Assembly: GCA_030704615.1 (NCBI GenBank)
Contig: CM060732.1
Coordinates: 41,168,001-41,232,000 of the forward strand
Reading direction: 5' to 3'
DNA: 64,000 bases
Origin: Takakia lepidozioides
Lineage: Eukaryota; Plantae; Bryophyta
The translations under genes and the position numbers were made by a program. Position 1 is the stretch's first letter, and each line of letters starts with the position of its first letter. Positions 48,638 to 61,289 of the stretch are shown here, in pieces. The notes beneath the pieces are model-generated. The model was not told the origin of the DNA and ran no database searches. It was given only the letters and a program-made list of their open reading frames with translations.

Positions 48638-51139
48638 AATCAAAACCACTAGAGTTCGCGGTCCCATTGTATTAGATATTTTCTTAAAAATGGGGACCGC
48701 CAAAGCTGGCGGTCCTGAATTTATTAAATAATTTAATTAAAATCGAGACCGTCAGAACTGGCAGTCTCGAATTTATTAAATAATTTCTTAACCCCTAAAC
48801 GACGATGTAACCTAAAACTGGTCGCGTCGTTCTTCATCCAATTTGTATCTTCGTCGGATGAATTCCAATGAAGATTGGGCCAGAATGAAAAATTGCAGCA
48901 CACTCATTCTCTCTCACATTGGCAATCGCACACTAATCAAATCGCTGTTATAAAACGAAAGCCAAGGGTGGGATAGATTAAAAGATATCGTTTGCAATGA
49001 CTGAAAATAGTCAATCAATCCGCGGAAATAGGTGTCTCCCGTAGAATTACGCCCTGTAAGTTCCAAATTCAAATATGACATGACGTAAGTCTATGTTGGG
49101 CTTACGGGCTCCTGGGCTCACATGCTCAAGCCTTTAGGCACGGAACAGCAACCCCTACAACTTGTGTCTTCTAGAAATGTTGTACTAGGGTGGGAAGTCA
49201 CAGAAGTTGTTGCACATATCAGCGCTCTATTGGATACCACGACATACAATGAACGTTTTATCGAGGTAAAAGCGGATGATAAAGATTTACTGGAGTTGAC
49301 GAGAGATGAGTTACAACACTTGGGTGTAAAAGTACTCAAACATGTCAAATGTTTGATAGGCTGGATTAAGCGTTATACCATAGATCTTTGTTCCGATGAA
49401 GATGATGCATATGGTCCAACTCTGCAAGAAGAGAAAACTCTTCTAACTTTCAAATCTATGCTATCTAATGACCACAAAGTTAGAGCATCATCTTCAGCCC
49501 GCGTAGAAGTCAGTAATAAAGAAACAGGCTTTTTGATAGCATGGTTCTTTGTACAAATCGTTAGGTACAATGAGGGAAGCCCAGAATATATGATTCGTTA
49601 CGAGTCACTTCTTCACGATACGTCAAAGAAATTGGAGGAATGAGATGATATAAAGATGATCCATCCAATCCCTCAATCTCTTCTCATTTTCAACTGGTTA
49701 TTGGTGTACTTTGTTTTCATGTCATACACTACGGCGATTCAAACAACGTACGTCATTTTTCAACTTCTCAAATGAGATTTGGAGCATCCAGCACCCAGCC
49801 CAAAACATCGATTGTAATTTTTTGTCTATTTATAAACATATTAAAAATTACACATGCTTCCATTCCCTCATCAATCACCATAAATGCCCTCAAAATGCTT
49901 AAGATCATTCATCCCTCACAGTACATGATTTTTGCTTGCATAAGCTTGATATCGCAAATTCAGTATATTTCGCTTCGAGACTTTTGACGTATATTTTTCT
50001 TTGCAAGATGAACGACTGATTGTTTGTACCACACTTTCTTAAGTTACTTTCGAGCGTCATATTTCTCCAATATACATCGAATATTTCTTTATCATGTACG
50101 CATGACGTACATCAAAGACTTGAGCCTCTATGAAACTGTTGTTTGATCTTGCGATCAGTTGCAACGAAGCATTTTATACAGTACATCATAGTAGACTTCC
50201 TCAAGTATCATTTTTAGCTCTTTTGTGCATGAGATTAACACTTAAAAATAAACTATTGTGGTTTGATAATCTGCAGTCCAACTGCATAGCTCGAACAGCT
50301 AGTAGGGTTTTTGTTCCGGCTTCTGTGTTCATTTTCTTTTCATTTCTTTCTCTGTGTTCAGTTTCTCTTCCTCGCAAGTACCATCTCGCTTCATGAGGAG
50401 AACGGAAGATGAGGCGTCTTCCTCATCGAAGAGACATGTCTACGTCATCTTATCATACAGCAATTCCGTTAATAAAATGGAGAAGATCGCGAAGGATGAG
50501 ATGAATTTGGCGGGCCTAAATCGAACCGACAAATTATCACGTCTGACTTGGCATCCCAAATTATCAAGAAACAAACAATCAATTATAATTTTCAAAAAAT
50601 AAAAAATAAAACGACACAATTGTAACTGGCGGCAATGACCACAGCCGACGAATTTTTATTTTCTTTGTTAAATTCAGAACGATCCCGATATTTTTATTAT
50701 TAAAAATTAAATTAAGAACCGCCAAAACTGGCGGTCCTGATTTTTTAAATTTTCTTACATTTTATTGATTTTGAAACTTTCAAAGGTGATAGGCCCGATT
50801 TTTTAAAAATTAATTATTTATTGATTTTGGGAACGTCAGAGGTGGCAGTCACAATTTTCTTAAATATTTTTAGTTAAATCCAGGATTGATAAAGCTAGCG
50901 GTCCCAAAAAAAATTATTTTTGGATTTTTTTTTCCAATTAAATTGGGACCGCTAATAGCTGGCAGTCCTGATTTTATCCAAAAAAATTAAATTAAATCCA
51001 AGAACGCTAATTATAGCATTATCAAAAAATAATTCTTAAAAACAAAATTAAAAATTAAAATAATTGGGATTACCACTATAGCAATCTCGATTTTATCCAA
51101 TAAAAATAAAAATCGGGACCGCCAGCTCAATTTTATCTG
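48638..51139. mobile_element. (TA)n-flanked DNA-transposon-like element with palindromic subterminal repeats (GGGACCGCCA-n-TGGCGGTCCC)
   Basis: (TA)n runs at ~48624-48637 and ~51140-51156, imperfect inverted ends (gagttcgcggtccc / gggaccgccagctc), and many ACCGCCA...TGGCGGT units at 48650-48780 and 50710-51125. No transposase recognised. Confidence 0.6.
49122..49643 (+). CDS. SAM (sterile alpha motif) domain-containing ORF inside the transposon-like element
   Basis: Residues 24-84 WEVTEVVAHISALLDTTTYNERFIEVKADDKDLLELTRDELQHLGVKVLKHVKCLIGWIKR fit the SAM pattern W...V..WL......Y...F....ID...LL.LT..DL..LG....H...I. Confidence 0.65.
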   Translation: MLKPLGTEQQPLQLVSSRNVVLGWEVTEVVAHISALLDTTTYNERFIEVKADDKDLLELTRDELQHLGVKVLKHVKCLIGWIKRYTIDLCSDEDDAYGPTLQEEKTLLTFKSMLSNDHKVRASSSARVEVSNKETGFLIAWFFVQIVRYNEGSPEYMIRYESLLHDTSKKLEE

Positions 51140-51589
51140 TATATATATATATATATTAATCGTATCCTCCCCAAGAGGATATTAACTCTCAACTTCAAGA
51201 AAGACTAGGCTCTCATACCATTATAACATCCAGGATCTACAAAGACTATAATTGAAGTGTTTGTGAACTTTTTCCCAAAACACTCGATGTCTTTTAGACT
51301 TTCATTGCAGGTTTATATATCCTTCACAATATGATTATTTGGTTTTACTTGAGCGCCTCAAGTCAAAACTTTGTAAAATCAACCTTCGTAGGTTTGACAT
51401 ATTCATCCACAATATGACTTTCTAAAACATATGACATATTCTTCATAATATGAATATCTTATAGGTTTGACTTGAGAGCCTCAAACTTCTTAGGAACCTT
51501 CCTAATTATTTTGGAACTTCTAGGGAACTTTCATCTTCCATCTAGTCTAGATTCTATCCTGTTACACTGCCTTGAAATTATGACTTCCA

Positions 51590-53100
51590 TTGGAAAAATA
51601 AAAGAGATGAAGTAGAAATGTCAAATGGACATACAGAGATCATTGAGACACTACCTAAAAGCATAGAGTTGTCGATAGGTAAATATAGAGAAACTTTAGA
51701 ATGACGAGTAGTTAGACTAACTCGATATGACGTAATATTAGGCATGTTTGGATGGAATCTCACAATCCCAATGTTAATTGGCGTTGAAGAATAATCAAAG
51801 CCCAGAATTAGAAAATATAGGGAGATAGAGTGAGGACATCATATCGAAATCTACAATCTTTTATTATAGGTACTACAGCTATATGCAAGAAAGATTTATT
51901 ATTTGTAGGTTTAATAAGAGACGTGGAAAATCCAAAAAAAGACATAAATGAGGTCCATATAGAATTACAGAGTGTATTGACAGAGTTCAAAGATATATTT
52001 CCAGATGATCTACCATCACGGCTTCCGCCAAAGAGAAGAGTAGATTATAAAATTGAGGTTGTTCTAAGTAGTATTCCTTTTTGTAAAGTCCCTTATCGGT
52101 TAACACCAAACAAGTCAGAAGAATTGAAGGCTCAAGTATATAACATCGCCGAAAAAATTGTGGCAGCAAAAATCCGAGAGGTCTTACCAGACCCGCCCCA
52201 TTTGGACGGGGGTCGACAAACGTTTGATGGAGGTAGAGGTCGATGTAATAGGTGCAAAAGTATCCACATTCTCTATCCGAAGGCTGTTGGAATACATGAG
52301 GCCGTGATCACCGGTCTTTGGATGTTGTCCACGTCCATTTAGGCGATGGAGGAAACATGTCGCGTAGCTCGACCCACAATTTACCAACATGACGGTGCAG
52401 GCGTTGATCCTTATGTGAATTCCGGGGCCGAGTTCAGTTGCAAGAACCTGTGAGCCTCCATAATAATCACACTCCAAAGCGCCGGTGTTGTTTATGAAGA
52501 AAAATAATGGATCAGTGCAGATGTGCATTGATAATCGAGCTCTCAATCAGCAGCCGGTGATGAATAAGTACCCGTTACCATGCATAGACGATCTATTTGA
52601 TCAACTGCGAGAAACAAAATACTTTATAAAACTGGATTTGAGGAGTGGATACAACCAAATTCGAATTGCTGATGAAGATGTATATCAGACCGCCTTACGC
52701 ACTAGGTATGTACATTTCGAATACATGGTCATGTCATTTGGTCTTATCAATGCCCTAGCTACATTCATGGGGCTCATGAATGATATTTTTCGTCAATTTT
52801 TAGATAGATTTGTGATAGTTTTCTTATATGATATTTTGATTTACAATAAGAGTCTTGTCGAACATAGAAACCACCTCAAACAAGTATTACAAGTTCTTCA
52901 TGAGAATCGACTATATGCCAAAGCATCTAAATGTGAGTTTGGAAAACAAAAAGTAGATTATCTTGGGCATCGCATGAGAAAGAAGGGAATTGAGGTGATG
53001 AGTGACAAAATAGAAACTATTCAGCATTGGATAGCCCCCGATTAAGGAGTTTTCTTGGTCATACCGGATTCTACAGACGATTTGTACGCGCATTCTCAAA
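51590..53100 (+). mobile_element. Second degenerate Ty3/gypsy protease-RT fragment, same family as 44340-46750 but in opposite orientation
   Basis: DLLFVGLIRDVENP, RLPPKRRVDYKIE, QMCIDNRALN...KYPLPCIDDLFDQL...[12 protein letters not shown]...LYAKASKCEFG; high nucleotide similarity to the minus-strand copy. Confidence 0.92.
52140..52478 (-). pseudogene. Ulp1/C48 peptidase-like fragment inserted antisense in gypsy pol
   Basis: The minus strand reads RPHVFQQPSDRECGYFCTYYIDLYL (QQ....ECG.F catalytic-Cys motif). It replaces ~20 codons present in the sister copy. Confidence 0.6.
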
Positions 53101-53574
53101 GACCGACAAAGATCAAAATAAAAATAATATCTTCATACAATTTTTATTTTTTTTCGCATATGATGTAATATAAAAGATATAAGGAGTGGCTCCCCCAAAA
53201 TCAACACATTGGTACATTGTTGGACTACGATTAAAATACACTAAGATGGCTGCAAGAAAAATCATGATCTAGCGACTAAATCCGACTTATGCTACCTCGT
53301 GGATTTGTCTGTGATTAATGAAATGTCATACAAAGAAAATCGACTAAGGAAAGTATCATTGAAGGGCAAATGTGACCTTCCAATGATGATCGAATGAGTG
53401 AACATCATATACTTGAAAATTGAATTATTCAATGTACCTATATCTTTGATTTTCTCTTTCGCTGTAGTCAAGGAATAAATTGTGATCTAACTGACAACAA
53501 CTCCCAAATTTTTAAAGAACACTTAATAAAGCGTGATCGTCAGCTTTGGCGATCTCTAATTTTTTGAAAGAAAA

Positions 53575-53975
53575 AAATATAAAAAAATCGAGACTGTCAG
53601 CTCTGGCAGTCCCGATTTTTAAGAAGATTTAATAAATTCAAGACGGCCAGCTCTAGCAGTCTCAAATTTTAAGAAGATTAATAAATTTAGGGCCGTCAAC
53701 TCAGATGATATCGACTTTCAATAAGAAATTTTAATAAATCGGAACCGCCACCTCTGGTAGTATTGATTTTAATTTAAAATAAATATATAAAAACCGTTAG
53801 CTCTGAATACTGATGGTCTCGATTCATTAAATGTTTTCTTAAAAATCGGGACCATCAGAGTTGACGATCCCAAATTTATTAAATAAAGATGGGGTATGCC
53901 AACATTAACAATTTCAAATTAAGTTACATATTTCAAAATTTTATAGAACCGCTAGCACTGGCGGTCCGAATTTTA
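53575..53975. repeat. Another subterminal-repeat cluster of the same palindromic family
   Basis: gagactgtcagctctggcagtccc, gaaccgccacctctggtag, gaaccgctagcactggcggtcc and similar units. Confidence 0.7.
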
Positions 53976-55726
53976 TTTAAATAAAATCTGAAAAAATATA
54001 TCAACCTAATTAGATTTAATCAAATTTTTGAAATATATATATTGTCTATCTAGCTGACATTGTTTTTTTTTTTTTTTTTTTTTTGGCCACAATGCTTATT
54101 TTATCATATTTTTAGCTTATGCGACATCTTTCTTTTATCTCCTATATGTTTTTGCTTATTTTTATATAAGATTGGCATGACACAGGCCCACATCAACATC
54201 AGATCTGACGTGACTTAGTGTAACCTGATGTCACGTTAGTGTGCAACCTTACAAATTGGAATCCCCCATTGTAATTATGACATGTCGGTAGAGAAATGTC
54301 ATACTTTATTATTTATTATATTTTTACATACAAAGGAACTTCCTCAAATCTTGAAATTGATAATACGCAGTGTCACTGTAAAGTTGATTTGTCCAGGAAA
54401 AATTAGGAAGATTTTGCACATTCTTGGTCAAATCAAATTTTCAAGTATAATTTGGTATAGACTTACAAAATCAAAATTTTATTTTATTTCATAATATTTG
54501 CATTGCAATGGTGAAATCTTGTCACCACCTAGATGATAATCTTAGGGAAGATATAGTGCAGTCCAATGCATGTGGATGAACCGCAGTAGAAAATTACATC
54601 CATTTTTGTCACGGTATATATCATTTTGGCTCGAATACTAGAAACCATATGTCGTTGCTTAAGGGTTACATAAGCAAAGATAAGGGTTGGATGATAAAAC
54701 GAGAATAAAACTGGATCCTAATTAGAGTAGAAAGAGATAACAAGGGATCAGATCCTAGACGGGAGATTACACAAAATAAAACATAATTCAATGTATGCAC
54801 ATGAAATATTGAGAGGACAAAGAGTGCATTTGTACGACCTTTTAGAAAAACGACTAGCGACCAAAGGGATATGGTAGTCTACAAAAGAATGACCCTGAGG
54901 CCATGAAAAACCATGACAGAGAAAACCATGACAGTTCTTTTAATCAGTTATTGAAATGAGGTGTGTTAAATGAGCTTACTAAATAAGTGGCTTGTTGTGT
55001 AATCATGATGAGATACGTTAATACAGTTAATACAGTTTACTCAGTTTATATTTTAATTGAAGTATCTAGGTACGAAAAATCATAAATAATATTATATAAA
55101 TCTATCATAAATATGAATAAAAACTCAATAATATCTGATAGATTATATAATGTAATTTTATAAAATTAATCTTAGTTGATATAAATAATATTAAGATGGT
55201 GTGTAACTTGATGGATTTAAATGGATTTGAAAGGACTTGAGTTTTGGGAAAAACTTAAGGTTTTGAAAAAAAAAAAACTCGTAGATATTAGTGCACCAAC
55301 CCATATTAGTGCTTTGATGAGCAACGAAACCGCTCTTGGGATCGATTCCACACAACAGCAGTAAAATATATTTTTGGGATAAATTATATTATAAATTATC
55401 AAAAGAGGTAATAATTTTTTTTGATAAAAGCTTAATCAAAATAGGGATATTCAGTGGAGGTTGTATTTCGAAAAAGTTATAACATAGATTGATATCTTTT
55501 TTACAGTAATTTATAGTCTCATCCTTAGGGACGAGACAATAAATTGACTTCAATGATTTGAAAGATAATACAATAGAATCGAGACGTAATCTCAATATCA
55601 TATATGAGGTTAGAAGATATGATGTTTTAAACCATGATATAATATTACTTAATACAATCTTATTACATATACATGTGCAACTGTTAGGGCTTTGGAGATA
55701 GATCTAGTACTACGATATTGTCATAC

Positions 55727-55884
55727 ATTGATGTTTGTGTGAAGAGATTTCTAGAGGATATAATTAGGAAAATCCGGATCAATTGTTTATTTCAAGGTAA
55801 GTTTTACTACCGACATCAGTCCCTGACAAATGTAAGTTTTATCCCCTTATGTTCCGCTCAAACTGGGCACCGGGTCAATGACCA
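55727..55884 (+). mobile_element. Old copy of the 24-kb LINE family 3' end
   Basis: IDVCVKRFLED...FQGKFYYRHQSLTNV...AQTGHRVND aligns with IDACVKGFLEY...YEGKSYYQRQPLTEV...TQTGRGVNG. Confidence 0.75.
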
Positions 55885-56285
55885 ACCATCAGCAACTTAT
55901 CATTAGTTTGTAACGTCATGCAAACTACACACAGCTCACTCCCGCTCCAAGCAATGTTGAGCAACAACTTACCACTTAGTCTATCAGCAACTTAGAACTA
56001 GCTTCTGACGTCCTGACAACATTAGCTCCAGCAAACTGCACACAACTCACTCCCACTTCAAGCAGTATTGAACAACAACTTACCACTCAATCCATTAGCA
56101 ACGTACCACTAGCTTCTAAAGTCCTAATAACGTCAGCTCGAGCAATCTGCATACAGCTCACTCCCTTTCCAGACAGTGTTAAGCAACAACTTATCACTTA
56201 GTCCATCAGCAACTTACCACTAGCTTCTGAAATCTTGACAACGAACTTAGCTGCAGCAAACTGCACACAGGCTCCCCCGCTCTAC
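55885..56285 (+). repeat. 111-bp tandem repeat, about 3.5 copies
   Basis: gcaaact(a/g)cacacag/ac anchors at ~55920, 56030, 56141 and 56256. Confidence 0.85.
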
Positions 56286-56457
56286 ACAGTTAGGTTTGCG
56301 TCATCTGGAATGAAGTAAAAAAAATCATACATAATTAGTTGTTATATACATATGAATTTTTTCTCTGCCATTTATTTCACTTTAGGGCTTCGTTCCCATT
56401 TTTAATTATTTTAAATTTATTTATTTTAAAAAATAAATAAATAAAAAACTACAGAAC

Positions 56458-56622
56458 AAGGTTGTTGTCTGGTAGTAATTCACTAGTGTATTAACCTGCG
56501 GGTCTGAGGTTTAAACCCTTGTCATCTGTCCTCTTTGCCTTCGGGTTGGGCTCTACTATGATGCCTCCATAGTTCTGTTGGTGTTTCCTCATAAAAGAAA
56601 AAAATAAAAAATAAAATAAAAA
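56458..56622 (+). mobile_element. Possible tRNA-derived SINE
   Basis: Degenerate A box (tgtctggtagt) and B box (ggtttaaacc) at tRNA-like spacing, followed by an A-rich tail at 56591-56622. Confidence 0.35.
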
Positions 56623-58917
56623 TGTCATGTTAGCATAAAAGTCTCCCCTCCCAAGTGGCAAGAAAGAAGCTTTTCAAAAACTAGTAGATCACTTTAGGTT
56701 CGCACATAGTACGTCTACAGTTCTACGTATTTAGTAGAACTGTATTAACTATACATGACATAACTAATAGTTACGTTTTTCCATACAGAATATTGTAGTC
56801 ACTCCAAACTTAATTACTATGTCTACATACACGTCTAACTAGAAGTTGTATGTTTTTTCTTAAGACTTGACGGAAGATGATACAAACCTAAATTTTGCCA
56901 TCATTATCCATTGTGTACGTATTATCTAGCCCACCCAACTCCACGGTGCAGCCCTCGTCATACAATGTGATATGACCAAGTCTTATCTTGGCCAGTTGTA
57001 ACACCCAAAGATTAGGATCTACACAAACTATCATTGAAGTGCGTCTAAATTTTTTTCTCAAACAACTCGATGCTTCTAGGCTTTCATTGTACGTTTATAT
57101 ACCCCCATAATATAACAATTTTAAATATTTGACTTGAAAGTATTTGAGAAAGTCATGTTGTGGAGAATATGTCAAATTCATGAAGGTTGTATTTTAAAAA
57201 CTTCTAGGGAAATTTCCTCCTCCATCTAGAACCTTCTAAATTTTACTTTGTTACACCGGCATATAACTCCATCTTGAAAATAATGAATAACTTCAATTCT
57301 GGAAGTGACATGAGAACATACAGAGAGTGCTCTCTGCAACAACTCGACAACAAGTGTTATATAGAATGCACGATGCACAGCAAGCCTCGACAGCAACTGT
57401 ATCGCTCTAATCAAGAATACATCTGCCACAGCCTAATTTGGTACATATCACCGAGATACGTTATGGAAACTGAGCCACATAAATATTTAATGCGACAACA
57501 TGACTCAAATTCACAATATATATATTTTTTAAATTAATACATGCAACAACATGGCTCCAAGTCACATTTGTTTTTTAAAACTTAAATCAAACATTGTCAA
57601 TGTCATGTATACCCCACTAGTGGATTATGATATGATGTTTTGCAAATACGTCAGTGTCACGTCACGTCTTAAGCCGACTATACGTTGTGTAATATTTTTT
57701 ATTTTTTTACTTTCACGCGATCAAATTTATTTCATTGTTGAAGTGACGACCTATGTATACTACACACATAATTTTGTTTTTTGATATTTTATTTCTTGAA
57801 AAATAAATTTTGGACAATGGTTGAACATCCGGTTTCGGGCCACCACAAGGCGACATGACCATACGTTTATTTATTTATTTTTATTTGGGCGACGGTGGCC
57901 ATACCAATTTGGTTCTATTTCCTATTTTTTAGTGGTTCAGGCGATGCACGAGCAACCGTAAGACGACGATGACTATATATTATATTTATTTGATGTTACA
58001 AAAATTAATGGTCCAAAACATGGTTCCACTAATTTCAAATTGTGTTTTCATGTATGGCACTCATGTTTTTTTCCCTAATTTATGTAAAAACGAACAAATT
58101 TTAGGGCGTAGTCAGATTTGATCTTAGAATTTCTTTACAACCCAAGATCAGTGATCTATACCATCAAGTCCATGGCAATCATTGAATATTATACCATTCT
58201 AAAATCTATATATTATAAGTTTTAGTCCACTAATTTCAAAATCTGTTTTCATGTATGGTACTCATATTTTTTTTTTGGATGGCCAATGCTTACTTGACAT
58301 GCTACAATGTTGCTCAATCCATTTGAAATAATTTCTCACTGATTTAGTCTTATTCTAAGTTTAAGGTACCCCTTGATTAATGATATATCGGATTTGGGTG
58401 TTTTCCGGTTTAGGTGTTTACTGTTGTAGGTATTTTTGGGTGTAGGAGTTTATTGGTGCAGGTATTTATTGGAGTAGGTGTTATATAGAGAAGGTGTTAT
58501 GTGGAGAAGGTGTCAACAGGGAGTTGATTGTTTTTTGACACTGATAATTTTTTATTTATTTTTTAATTCAGAAAAAATACCTCCAGGTAGGGATCCTTGG
58601 GGGAATCCAGAGATACCATTGGCACCTCCAATGGAACGTGGGAACTCCCTGAGAACCAGCCTAGAAGCCGGGAATGCCCGGGAACCGTTCCCCGGAGCGG
58701 GGAAGCGGAGCCCCCTTGGATGGATGAAAGTCAATTGGGAAGATTATCGTTCTGCTTTGCATCCGTTAGTCCATAACTTGTTTGCTTAAAATCTAAAATA
58801 CTCAAGTGGTGGGTCCCGGCCTTGCTCCACCTTATTTATATTAAATTAATGCATGAGGGTGCGTTCTCTCTTTGGAAAGAACCATCTTCTACCTCTAGCT
58901 CTGACACCATTGGTCAC

Positions 58918-60898
58918 TGTAGCCTATATTATAGGCTAGTGTAGTTTGTGCCCTCGTTGTCTCGGTGTGTACCTCGGGACCTAACTATCCCCTAAGCCTT
59001 TGCTATGGCTTAAACAAAAGGTTCCTCCAAGGGCTACCTTCCCCCAAAAACTCAAATTTTTCCTACTATACATCCCTATATATAAGCTAAAGACCCTTAA
59101 GAGGGGTATAAATTAAAAGCAATAGTGAAGGGTAAGGAGACCCTCCTTAAAATGTGGCGGCAGCCCCTCTACTGCTGCTTTTTGAGCCCTGTCATGGTTT
59201 TAGTCATGGTTATCTAGAATTACCTACTTCTAGTTAAGTAAAACATTTTAGATATTTATATTTATATTTTGTGTGTTGGGACTTCATTTGGTCTCACATG
59301 CCAAGTGAGGTGTCGAGCCTCACTTGAGACATGGAGATAGGTTTTCCCCTTGTGAGTGTTGAGGAGGCTCATCTTCTTGTAGTTGAGCCTCCATGAGTTT
59401 CTCTCACCTCCATAGCTCTAGGTATTGAGAGGGAGTGTGTTGAGGGCTTTGTAGGGTGGATTCCTTTAGCAAAGGTGCCATTGGCTTGACTTAGTTTATG
59501 TGATAGAGTGGATTTCACTTGGAAGGACTAGGGCTTGTTCTTCATGTGATTGCTTCATGCTTTGAGAGATTTCATTGTCTTCTACTTCTCTCATTTCTCA
59601 TCTCTTATCACTACAAGAAGATCACCTTATGCTTGTGAGTGCGGAGTGTAAGGATTAGTTTTGCACTTGTATTTTAAAGAGGTTGAGAGCTAGGAGAATT
59701 TAGCTCTTGTATCACAAGGCTTGCAAGGGGTTGCAAGGAAAGGTGCTCGAGTATTGCATGCACCAAGGAGTTGGAGAGCTTGAGAAGAAAGCTCTTGAGT
59801 CACAAGATTTTGCAAGGATTGTAAGGATGAAGTCTTATGTGTGTGGAAGCATAGATTCTAGGGTTTGAGAATCCTTTGTATGCATTATGGAGTCGATGGT
59901 GTGCGCCATGGCTTGTGGAGAGTGACTAAAGGCTTGGTGCTCATTTCACTATCAAGCTAGGGTTAAGCAAGTTCAAAGTGTGGATGTTGTGGAAGAGAAG
60001 CCAAGGAGCTATATATGCTTGGGCTTGAAGACAACAAGGGCAAGCACTTGGAGAGCACTAAGAAGCTCAAGAGGTTTTGAAAGGGAGCATGTGAAGAAAT
60101 CTTCCAATCATGGTGGTGTGGAGCCAAGCTTAGGGTGCCATTGGAAGGGCTTGGAGAACATGTGTGGGAAATCCTTGAAGGAAAATCATCATTCAATGTA
60201 TGCATAGCTTCACCCTAACTATGTAATGTGACAAGAGGGGGAGGCAATACTTGGCTATTCATGCTCTTGGTAGTGCGAGCTTTGTGGTGGATAGTTGACC
60301 AAGCAAGTGGTGCATGTGTGGAGCATGCTCGCTTGAGTTTGTAAGTTCAAGTTTGAGAAGGGGAGCTCTTGAACTAGCAAGAGGTGAAGGCCTTTGAGAT
60401 CCATTTGTGTGTGAAGTGGAGAGGTGTTGATTCATGTTATGATGAAGGAGAGCAACACATAGGCCAAGAGGTCATGAAACATGCATTCAAATGACCACGG
60501 GGAGCACATGTATGATGGATTGGTGCAAGACCCCAAATGAGGCATATGGCGTGAGAGTGGGATCCAAGGCGGATTGCTTGGGAGCATTATTGTAAGTGAC
60601 AAGCATTGCTCCTACACAATGAGATAATCTGTGTTGATTTGGAGCAATTGTCAAGTGATGAGGAGACAAATGCATGATTGCTCGGCAATGGAGATATGGT
60701 AGTTTGCAATCAAATCCCAAGGACTAGAAGGGGGATTGATTTGGTAGACAATGACTTGCAAGTTGAGTTGGACCACTCTTGGTTGCACATTGGGGTGGAA
60801 GAGAGCAAGAAGATGCCTCTTATGACCACCTAGAGACTATATTTTTGCTTGAGTAGAAGCATAGAAGTCAAGGACTTGCATTCTAGCTCTTCATTACA
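58918..60898. mobile_element. About 2-kb LTR-like segment (TGTAG...TTACA)
   Basis: TG/CA termini, a TATA-like ccctatatataag at ~59075, and a PBS-like gctctgacacca at 58897-58908 just outside. TSD not matched. Confidence 0.5.
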
Positions 60899-60919
60899 AA
60901 CCCTAATAGTCTATGCTCA

Positions 60920-61218
60920 GACTATACCTCTGTTAGTATACCAAACAGGAGCTTGTCCCTTTGACTATACCTCTGTTGAGGTATCACCATATGTGAACCC
61001 TAATGTGAGACTATACCTCTGTTAGTATACCAAACAGGAGCTTGTCCATTTTACTATACCTCTATTGAGGTATCACCATATGTGAACCCTAATCAGCTCA
61101 GACTATACCTCTGTTAGTATACCAAACAGAACCCTCATTTTCAGACTATACCTCTGTAAAGGTATCATCAACATAAGGGACCCTAGCAACCTCAGACTAT
61201 ACCTCTGTTAAGGTATCA
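60920..61218. repeat. Array of 7 gactatacctctgtt cores, 43-51 bp apart, with A/B dimer higher-order structure
   Basis: Cores at ~60920, 60963, 61009, 61052, 61101, 61144 and 61195. Confidence 0.85.
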
Positions 61219-61289
61219 ACAGTGAAAGGACTTAGTGAAATTTAAGGGCCTTTGGAGGATTATTTGGAAGATATTTGAGGGCCCTTGGA

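Noticed and set aside
52160-52210. Walker A motif GGSGKT on the minus strand
   Set aside because: No preceding hydrophobic strand, and the overlapping frame carrying the Ulp1 motif explains the segment better.
60920-61218. CRISPR array
   Set aside because: Plant nuclear TE context, spacers are themselves repeated, and no cas genes are present.
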